Position numbers and translations under genes: made by a program | Assembly (NCBI GenBank): GCA_963977445.1 | Contig: CAXBPH010000228.1 | Location: forward strand, 1 to 11,266 | Direction of reading: 5' to 3' | DNA: 11,266 nt | Source of the DNA: an uncultured bacterium | GTDB taxonomy: Bacteria; Hydrogenedentota; Hydrogenedentia; Hydrogenedentales; JAEUWI01 | Notes under the pieces: generated by a model | Told to the model about the DNA's origin: nothing | The model's database searches: none | What the model saw: the letters and a program-made list of their open reading frames with translations, nothing else | Shown: positions 1 through 6,245 of the stretch, one piece after another | How the letters are laid out: each line of letters starts with the position of its first letter | How positions within the stretch are numbered: the stretch's first letter is position 1

Positions 1-45
1 TTTCGTGCGCTAAGCGCAAAATCACTAAAACGAGATAACGCTTCC

Positions 46-77
46 AGGGCCTGTGGAATTTTCCACAGGCCCTTTCA
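46..77 (+). terminator. Probable intrinsic terminator of an upstream gene
   Basis: Perfect inverted repeat AGGGCCTGTGGAA (46-58) / TTCCACAGGCCCT (61-73), followed by a short, imperfect U-tail. It lies just after a TAA at 36-38 that closes an open frame (…AKRKITKTR*) running in from the window edge. Confidence 0.7.
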
Positions 78-235
78 TCGTATGGAGATACTTTCTTCCT
101 ATAGAAGACCCTTCCCATCGCTTGTGGCCGGGTTTCTGGTATTCACCGCTCTACGTGTTGTTACTTTTTTCGCTTTTGTAGGGCGGCCGACCTTCAAATG
201 GACGAATCAGCTGGCCGTTTTTTCAGAATTTTCAC

Positions 236-264
236 TTTCCAACGGGGCGCGTTCATGCTATCGT
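236..264 (+). promoter_or_regulatory. Candidate sigma70-type promoter for the prepilin-like gene
   Basis: TTTCCA (236-241), a 17-bp spacer, then TATCGT (259-264) with an extended -10 TG at 256-257. T-tracts lie upstream (218-223, 229-232). Confidence 0.4.
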
Positions 265-359
265 AGGGGAGTAAGGTTTTGGGGCGGAGTCCTGTGCGAT
301 CCCGTCGGTTGCAAAATTTCCATGGGTAGTTCTACACAACGAATCAAAAAGGGAAAAAC

Positions 360-1352
360 ATGGGTACAAAGACGAAAGGGTTTACACTCATTGAGTTATT
401 GGTGGTTATTGCCATCATCGGGATCCTCGCGGCTATTTTGCTACCGGCATTGGCCCGGGCCCGGGAGGCCGCACGGCGCGCAAGTTGCCAGAATAATCTC
501 AAGCAATTTGGCATTATCTTCAAAATGTATTCGGGCGAATCACCGGGGGAAAAATATCCCCCTACCCAGGGCTTATCGATCTACTACACCGAAGACGACC
601 CGACCCTGGGCCCGATCACGGGGCCGATTGCCGGCTGCAATATGCAAGATGACCCGGAAATCTCTCCCAATGTGCAGGAAGTCTACCCGGAGTATGTTAC
701 CGACTGGGGTATCTACGAGTGCCCTTCCGATGCAGATGCCGCTGAAGGGGTTGTCGAGCACCTGTCGATTATCAATGTACTCAACGATAATACCAATTTG
801 CCCTGCCCCTTTCCCGGCCTGGCCGACAATCCTGGTGACAGCTATGTATACCAGGGGTGGCTGACGGACCTGGCTGATGGTACGGACCCCACAACCCAGG
901 TGCCCATCGGTGGAACGCTGGTCGATGTCCCTGTTCAGATTCTCTATGCCCTGACGGTACTTAATGGTACCGGCTCTCTGGGGACGACGAATCTCACGGG
1001 CGCGGCGGCAGTCGCCGCCCGCAACGCCATGGATAGTGATATCTCCGTGCCCGCCCCCTTTGGGAACGCAGGCGGCAGCACGATTTTGCGTTTGCGTGAC
1101 GGTATCGAACGCTTTGTAATTACCGATATCAACAATGCCGCCGCCTCCTCGAAGGCCCAATCTGAGATTGTCGTCATGCACGATGTTATCAGTGCCGGCG
1201 TTAATGCCGGTGGCGCTTCCTACAACCACATCCCGGCGGGCGTCAATGTGCTTTACATGGATGGACACGTTACCTTTCTCAAATATGACCGCCTGGGGGA
1301 ATTTCCGGCCAACGAACCCTACGCCCAGTTGACCCATTTCTTCGTAAGCTGA
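360..1352 (+). CDS. Prepilin-type N-terminal cleavage/methylation domain protein, DUF1559 (SBP_bac_10) family with C-terminal H-X9-DG motif
   Basis: Class III signal [31 protein letters not shown] with Glu at +5, followed by the family signature [18 protein letters not shown]. Internal YECPSD and C-terminal [16 protein letters not shown] (H-X9-DG) are present. Purine-rich AAAGGGAAAAAC precedes the ATG. Confidence 0.93.
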   Translation: MGTKTKGFTLIELLVVIAIIGILAAILLPALARAREAARRASCQNNLKQFGIIFKMYSGESPGEKYPPTQGLSIYYTEDDPTLGPITGPIAGCNMQDDPEISPNVQEVYPEYVTDWGIYECPSDADAAEGVVEHLSIINVLNDNTNLPCPFPGLADNPGDSYVYQGWLTDLADGTDPTTQVPIGGTLVDVPVQILYALTVLNGTGSLGTTNLTGAAAVAARNAMDSDISVPAPFGNAGGSTILRLRDGIERFVITDINNAAASSKAQSEIVVMHDVISAGVNAGGASYNHIPAGVNVLYMDGHVTFLKYDRLGEFPANEPYAQLTHFFVS

Positions 1353-1379
1353 GCGGAATTCGAGCAAGTTTCTATCGAT

Positions 1380-1414
1380 GCAGGGACCGTAAGACTACGG
1401 TCCCTGCTTGTCTT
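1380..1414 (+). terminator. Intrinsic terminator hairpin after the prepilin-like gene
   Basis: Perfect 12-bp stem GCAGGGACCGTA (1380-1391) / TACGGTCCCTGC (1396-1407) with a 4-nt loop, followed by TTGTCTT. It starts 27 nt after the stop codon. Confidence 0.75.
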
Positions 1415-1463
1415 ATCAGGAGGAATTCTAAACGGTATTCTCCTGCATTGGGCCGATCCAAAG

Positions 1464-1472
1464 TGCTATACT
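1464..1472 (+). promoter_or_regulatory. Extended -10 promoter element for the lipoprotein gene
   Basis: TGcTATACT is a near-consensus TGnTATAAT, ~58 nt upstream of the GTG at 1530. No convincing -35 was found. Confidence 0.5.
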
Positions 1473-1529
1473 CTGGCTGTGTCGCAAGGTGTTGATTGGT
1501 CTGACACGGGCGAGCGAAAGGAGTTGCAA

Positions 1530-2045
1530 GTGAATAAATGGATTCTGGTCCTGGTGGGTCTAAGCCTGGCGGGTTGTACGAGTCAAAATGGGCAAACGCC
1601 GATGGAGACCGTTATGACGGACTTCGGCCTGAAGGAGAAGCCCGAGGGGTATGTATCGGGCACCGATAAGGTCTACGAACGTCTCAATGATGTGGGTGCG
1701 TCCGAACTGAAACGAATGAATTCGGAGTCCCGTCTCGGCGAGGTGCAGGTAGAAGAAGATGGCCTGCAGGTGAAGTATTACAAGAGCGTAAAGGAATATG
1801 TTTCCTATTACCCCCTTGATGCGCAGCCCAATTCCAAAGCGGCAGATCGCGATCGCGGTTTTGTGGGATTTCTTGAGTATCGCTACCGGATCTTGCAGGG
1901 ACCCTACAAACCGACGCGAACCGAAGCGCAGGCCGAATCGGCGACTATCCCTAACGGAGAAGAAGGCCGCGAATCCTTCCGTTATAAATTTACGTCTGCG
2001 GGAACGTGGGACGGTGGAAAAGGGGAACGGGCCCGGACCAATTAA
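1530..2045 (+). CDS. Hypothetical lipoprotein (171 aa)
   Basis: RBS AAGGAG (1518-1523) lies 6 nt before an in-frame GTG at 1530. This start gives MNKWILVLVGLSLAG|C, a basic n-region, hydrophobic h-region and LAGC lipobox. The ORF-track start at 1479 lacks an RBS and would bury the signal peptide. The mature part has no domain I recognise. Confidence 0.82.
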   Translation: MNKWILVLVGLSLAGCTSQNGQTPMETVMTDFGLKEKPEGYVSGTDKVYERLNDVGASELKRMNSESRLGEVQVEEDGLQVKYYKSVKEYVSYYPLDAQPNSKAADRDRGFVGFLEYRYRILQGPYKPTRTEAQAESATIPNGEEGRESFRYKFTSAGTWDGGKGERARTN

Positions 2046-2078
2046 TCGTGTCCAAAGCCCAGACAACGTAATCAATGC

Positions 2079-2106
2079 AAGGGTAACTTCGGTTACCCTT
2101 TTTTTT
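2079..2106 (+). terminator. Rho-independent terminator between convergent genes
   Basis: Stem AAGGGTAAC (2079-2087) / GTTACCCTT (2092-2100) is closed by a cUUCGg tetraloop and runs into a T8 tract (2099-2106). Confidence 0.9.
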
Positions 2107-2126
2107 AGGATTTGGGGATAGCCTGC

Positions 2127-2585
2127 CTATTCCGCTTCGGGAAGTTCTTCCCGAACTCGCATCTTGGCATCGATTAGCTGGCGATGGTTGAGGTTCAGCA
2201 GGTTGCCGAGCTTTCGGGCCAAGTGGTCTTCGTGGCCGTCAAGCACACCATCGGAATAGAAGATGCGCCAGATCTCTTCGACGAAACGTATCTTTTCCGG
2301 CACCGTGCAACTGGAATTTATTTCCCGGGTAAAGCGAAAGAGGTCGGCACTTTGTTCGCGCGCATGGGCAGAGGCATCAAGCAGTTCAAGGGCCTCTTCC
2401 GGAGAGAGATCGAAACGCTCCCGTGCTACCTCAACGATGTGGAGGCGCTCCGCTTCGGTGAAGTCGTCATCGACATGGGCCGCCTCCAACAGAATGACGC
2501 AGGTGGCCAGTTGAATCGCATCCTGGCCCGAGCGATGTTCGGTTGTGGCGCTGCCGCCAAAAAAGTTGGTAAATTGTTTCAGCAT
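2127..2585 (-). CDS. TerB-family (tellurite resistance B-like) protein
   Basis: Helical 152-aa protein with two TerB-like acidic motifs, LLEAAHVDDDFTEAE and IFYSDGVLDGHEDHL, plus typical DLFRFTREIN and LIDAK segments. RBS AAGGAG is upstream of the ATG. Confidence 0.88.
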   Translation of the reverse strand: MLKQFTNFFGGSATTEHRSGQDAIQLATCVILLEAAHVDDDFTEAERLHIVEVARERFDLSPEEALELLDASAHAREQSADLFRFTREINSSCTVPEKIRFVEEIWRIFYSDGVLDGHEDHLARKLGNLLNLNHRQLIDAKMRVREELPEAE

Positions 2586-2629
2586 GAGGGACTTCTCCTT
2601 CCTCGTGCCCCAGATTCGGGGACGTGGCT

Positions 2630-2659
2630 ATTGTGTACTCCAGGAGACTACGGCGTCAA
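2630..2659 (-). promoter_or_regulatory. Candidate internal promoter for the TerB-family gene
   Basis: On the minus strand, TTGACG (2659-2654), an 18-bp spacer and CACAAT (2635-2630) lie in the 84-bp gap before the TerB gene. Confidence 0.35.
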
Positions 2660-2669
2660 TGTCTGACTT

Positions 2670-4601
2670 CTACGCGTCGGGAAGGACCGGTACGCCCCGT
2701 TTCAACACGTCCCACGGCGCTGTATCTTCGGGCAGGAGTCCCCGCATGCGAATACGTGTTTTCAACGGCGTATTCGCTGGTGGGGCTTCCGATGGCGAAG
2801 ACGCCTGGTCCAGTTGGAGGGTCAGGGCGCTGTCGGGGGTCAGGGTGGCATAGTGGAGCGCTTCGCTCAGTTGAAAGGTGCTGTAGGGCGATACGGAAGC
2901 GGTAAAAGGCGTTTCACTGCCCACATAGAGGCCCCGGCCCGCCTGATTGCGTAGCGTTATCCAGTGGACGCATTGTTTTTGTCCCCTTTCCACCGGCCAG
3001 CCTTCGGCAGCGATGTTCTGGTCACCACAGGCAGCATGGCGGCCCATCATGTCCCAGGCCTGCGTATCGGTGGCAAGTTCCTGCGGTCCCATGCCAAACC
3101 ACGTTACGTCATTCATATCCTTGGCGAGGCGAAGTTCCAGGCCGTGGCGTGGCAGGCGGCATAGGGGAGACGTGGGGGTGAGCGTTTGTTCAAGGAGCAC
3201 CTCGCCGTTTCCTGAGATAACATAGTCCCGCGTTATTTCGAACAAGACGTCGCTGTTCCGGCGTATGATGAGGCCCTGAAACTTCATGGTGACCTGGGCC
3301 GGCCTGTCCTGGAGGGCCTCCATGGAGGTAACGCCCATGATGTTTTCGGCGAGCCCTGCCCGGCTCCAGCCTATCGCGATGGAATTCCCATCCTCATCGG
3401 GAAGAACCTCTTTCCACGATGGCGCCTGCCAGAACTGGTGGATGGGCCCCAGCTCCAGAAGTTCTTCCGCATCGACCTTCCACGAAATAATGGTGGCCGT
3501 GGGCAAATCGATTTCCAGCGAAAAATTGTCCCCCTGGAAATAACCCGTATTGTCCTTCTCCCGAATTTCGATAGGTGCCAGCGACGCGGGGTCGGGGCCG
3601 GGCGCGGGGGGGGCGTGCAGGGGAAGAGGAAACTGCTTGCCGCCAAGGGGCAGGCGCTCTTCACCCGTGTGGCGTAGAAAATAGAGATCCAGCCAATAGG
3701 ACGTGCCCGCATAGGGCTCCGGCAGGGCATAGTTCAATTCCAGGGTGGCTACCCGGTCGGATTTCCGCCAGCCTACGGGGCACGACCCGTGTTGCAGGGT
3801 GTTACCATCGGTCTGAATCTGCCAATCAACGACTACATCGCTCCAGTCGGTATCTCCCTGGCTTTCTATTGAGAAGGTACCATCTTGAAGTGCTGCGTCG
3901 TCGGCCCGCCAGTCATTCAGAACTTCCTGCCATTCCGATTCCGCTTGACGCGCCGTCTCTGTCGTGGCCGCCGGGTTCTCGAAGGGAAAGAGGTCATCAA
4001 AGCGAAAATCGAGGCGACATCCTTCCGACGAAGCGCCGAGCTCTCGTTCCGCAAGGGCACGGTCGTAAATCTGGAGTTCCCCAACAACACCCCGACCCGC
4101 TGATTGCCGAAAGGGGTGTGCGCCCAAAAGGAGGGCGCCGGGGTGGTAACAAATCAATCCCGATGCGGGATTTTCGCCAGTCAATACGCCGTCAAGATAG
4201 AGACGAAGTTCCTGGCCGGTATACACGGCAACAAGGGTGTGCCAGCTGTCATACCAACCTTCGGGCAGCGACACCATGAGTTCGTGGGGTTCGTCGGTGC
4301 GTATACGGAATACGAGGTGTTCCTCATCGGGCTGGAAGAGCTCATATTGTCCACTGCCTTTGGACAGGTAGTAAACGAGAGCGTCGCCACGGGTTGGATA
4401 GAGCCGTAGGACCAGGCTGAGTTGATCGCCTGTAATCGAAGCGGCGCGGGCGGGGGCCAGTGCGATGTTCCCAAGGGGGACACCAGTTTCGTTGGCCAGC
4501 GATACGCAATCCCTATCGGTGAAGGCGGCAATATGGGCAACCCGGTCTCGGGTCTGGTGAGAAAACACGGTGGTAGCGTGGATGGCGGGGTGGGGATTCA
4601 A
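2670..4601 (-). CDS. LamG-like domain + beta-galactosidase domain 4 + beta-galactosidase small-chain (domain 5) protein; GH2-derived, no catalytic TIM barrel
   Basis: LamG motifs are WHTLVAVYTGQELRLYLDG and GVVGELQIYDRAL. Domain-4-like motifs are WQIQTDGNTLQHG and GTSYWLDLYF. Small-chain-like motifs are ELLELGPIHQFWQAP, YVISGNGEV, LPRHGLEL…VTWFGMGPQE, VHWITLRNQAGRGL and SVSPYS…L..A.H…LTLQLD. The TTG start has GGAG 8 nt upstream and the frame is uninterrupted. Confidence 0.8.
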   Translation of the reverse strand: MNPHPAIHATTVFSHQTRDRVAHIAAFTDRDCVSLANETGVPLGNIALAPARAASITGDQLSLVLRLYPTRGDALVYYLSKGSGQYELFQPDEEHLVFRIRTDEPHELMVSLPEGWYDSWHTLVAVYTGQELRLYLDGVLTGENPASGLICYHPGALLLGAHPFRQSAGRGVVGELQIYDRALAERELGASSEGCRLDFRFDDLFPFENPAATTETARQAESEWQEVLNDWRADDAALQDGTFSIESQGDTDWSDVVVDWQIQTDGNTLQHGSCPVGWRKSDRVATLELNYALPEPYAGTSYWLDLYFLRHTGEERLPLGGKQFPLPLHAPPAPGPDPASLAPIEIREKDNTGYFQGDNFSLEIDLPTATIISWKVDAEELLELGPIHQFWQAPSWKEVLPDEDGNSIAIGWSRAGLAENIMGVTSMEALQDRPAQVTMKFQGLIIRRNSDVLFEITRDYVISGNGEVLLEQTLTPTSPLCRLPRHGLELRLAKDMNDVTWFGMGPQELATDTQAWDMMGRHAACGDQNIAAEGWPVERGQKQCVHWITLRNQAGRGLYVGSETPFTASVSPYSTFQLSEALHYATLTPDSALTLQLDQASSPSEAPPANTPLKTRIRMRGLLPEDTAPWDVLKRGVPVLPDA

Positions 4602-4610
4602 AAAATGTGC

Positions 4611-4647
4611 TCCGTAATCTACTGCGTATGAACTTGCGTAATGAACT
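4611..4647. repeat. Short imperfect tandem repeat (12-13 bp unit, two close copies plus one degenerate)
   Basis: TCCGTAATCTAC (4611-4622), TGCGTATGAACT (4623-4634) and TGCGTAATGAACT (4635-4647). The array abuts and overlaps the RBS of the 643-aa gene. Confidence 0.6.
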
Positions 4648-4757
4648 GATAGTCACGCCGATGCGTTCAGGGCATAGGGAGCGCTATTGTATCGAAAACA
4701 TGGTACCCGATGTGAACCGGTGTTGTGGCGTGTGCGCCTGGACGTTATTGATGCGTG

Positions 4758-6206
4758 CTACGCGATTATGTTTTCTATCACCCGGCCGTGGACGTCAGTG
4801 AGGCGATAGTCCCGGCCCTGGCTGCGGAACGTAAGTCGTTCATGGTCTACGCCCAAGAGGTGCAGGAGGGTGGCATGGAGGTCGTGGACATGTACCGGGT
4901 CACGGGCGACGTTATAGGCGTAGTCGTCTGTTTCGCCATAACTCGTGCCGGCCTTGACGCCCCCGCCCGCGAGGACCATAGAAAAGCAACGGCCGTGGTG
5001 GTCCCTGCCGTAGTTATCCTGAGACAGGCCCCCCTGGCAATAGGCCGTTCGCCCAAACTCGCCACCCCAGACAATCAAGGTATCCTCCAGCAGACCACGT
5101 TGCTTCAGGTCCTGAATGAGGCCCGCCGTGGGCTGGTCAACATCACCACACTGCAGCGCCAGGTCGTTGGGCAGGTTTCCATGTTGATCCCACCCGCGAT
5201 GATAGAGCTGGATAAACCGTACGCCCCGCTCTGCCATGCGACGGGCAAGAAGGCAATTCGCGGCATAGGTGCCCCGTTGTTCCACATCGGGTCCGTAGAG
5301 TTCGCGTACGGATTGGGGCTCCTGGGAAATGTCGGACAGCTCGGGTACCGAAAACTGCATGCGATAGGCCATTTCATATTGGGCAATCCGGGCATTGATT
5401 TCGGGGTCGGCAGCGTACGCCAGTTCCGACTGATTCAGCGCTGCTACCGTGTCGAGCATGCGCCGTCTTGCAACATCGCTTACACCGGGCGGGTTGCCCA
5501 GGTAGAGGACGGGGTCCCCGTTGGGCCGGAGGGTCACCCCCTGGTGCTCGGAAGGGAGAAAACTGGAACCCCACAGGTTCTGCCGGAGGGGCTGGGCCGG
5601 GCGTTTGGAACTGCCAAAAGATACGAGCACGACAAAGCCGGGCAGGTTGGCATTTTCACTGCCCAGGCCATAGCTCATCCATGCGCCGAAAGAGGGTCTG
5701 CCGGGCTGCTGGCTGCCTGTTTGCATAAAGGTCATGCCAGGATCGTGATTAATGGCTTCCGTGTGCATAGAGCGAATGACACAAAGCTCATCGGCAACAC
5801 CACCCATATGGGGAAGGAGCTCGCTTAACCAGAGGCCACTTTTTCCACGTTGCGAGAAGGAAAATTTCGAGGCGGCGATAGGCAAGGTTTTCTGACCGGA
5901 TGTCATGGTCGTGATGCGTTGTCCCTGACGGATGGAGGGGGGGAGGTCCTGCCCCTGAAAACGTTCCAAGGTGGGCTTATAGTCAAAGAGCTCCATCTGG
6001 GAAGGCCCGCCCGACTGAAAGAGGTAGATTACCCGTTTGGCTTTGGGGGCAATATGGCTGAGGCCATCCAGAGGCCCTGGTGCGCTTCCGGAGGCGGCCG
6101 ATGCGCCAAGGAGGGCACCCAGCGCGGCGGCACCGATACTGGCGCTACTACGTCCGAAAAACTGGCGTCGCGTGACGAGTTGTTCATATTCCTGTTGCGG
6201 GTGCAT
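4758..6206 (-). CDS. DUF1501 family protein (Tat-exported, sulfatase/alkaline-phosphatase-like)
   Basis: Twin-arginine signal TRRQFF followed by a hydrophobic stretch. Family motifs are AKRVIYLFQSGGPSQMELFDYKP, HTEAINHDPG, GRPSFGAW, CLLARRMAERGVRFIQL, GWDQH, GEFGRT, GRDHH and DLHATLLHLLG. It sits 39 bp downstream of a DUF1553 gene, the usual pairing. Confidence 0.93.
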   Translation of the reverse strand: MHPQQEYEQLVTRRQFFGRSSASIGAAALGALLGASAASGSAPGPLDGLSHIAPKAKRVIYLFQSGGPSQMELFDYKPTLERFQGQDLPPSIRQGQRITTMTSGQKTLPIAASKFSFSQRGKSGLWLSELLPHMGGVADELCVIRSMHTEAINHDPGMTFMQTGSQQPGRPSFGAWMSYGLGSENANLPGFVVLVSFGSSKRPAQPLRQNLWGSSFLPSEHQGVTLRPNGDPVLYLGNPPGVSDVARRRMLDTVAALNQSELAYAADPEINARIAQYEMAYRMQFSVPELSDISQEPQSVRELYGPDVEQRGTYAANCLLARRMAERGVRFIQLYHRGWDQHGNLPNDLALQCGDVDQPTAGLIQDLKQRGLLEDTLIVWGGEFGRTAYCQGGLSQDNYGRDHHGRCFSMVLAGGGVKAGTSYGETDDYAYNVARDPVHVHDLHATLLHLLGVDHERLTFRSQGRDYRLTDVHGRVIENIIA

Positions 6207-6245
6207 AGAGGCAATCCTTGGTCGTCTATCCGGCGAGATTTCGGG

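Noticed and set aside
1..38. 3' end of an upstream + strand CDS (…SCAKRKITKTR*)
   Set aside because: It is plausible given the following terminator, but only 12 codons are visible, so frame and product cannot be supported.
82..864. 260-aa + strand ORF overlapping the prepilin-like gene in another frame
   Set aside because: Its Arg/Ser/Pro-rich composition is typical of an off-frame translation, and it overlaps a clearly real gene and its promoter.
573..2666. Antisense ORFs 573-1367, 1560-2075 and 2184-2666
   Set aside because: They are shadows of the prepilin-like, lipoprotein and TerB genes with no independent evidence.
4602..4757. Possible frameshifted or readthrough N-terminal GH2 catalytic domain upstream of the 643-aa gene
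   Set aside because: Only 156 bp are available before the DUF1501 stop codon, with an in-frame TGA and no GH2 barrel motifs.
4755..5828. 357-aa + strand ORF antisense to DUF1501
   Set aside because: It mirrors the codons of a well-supported minus-strand gene, has no recognisable motifs or RBS, and long shadow ORFs are expected in GC-rich coding DNA.
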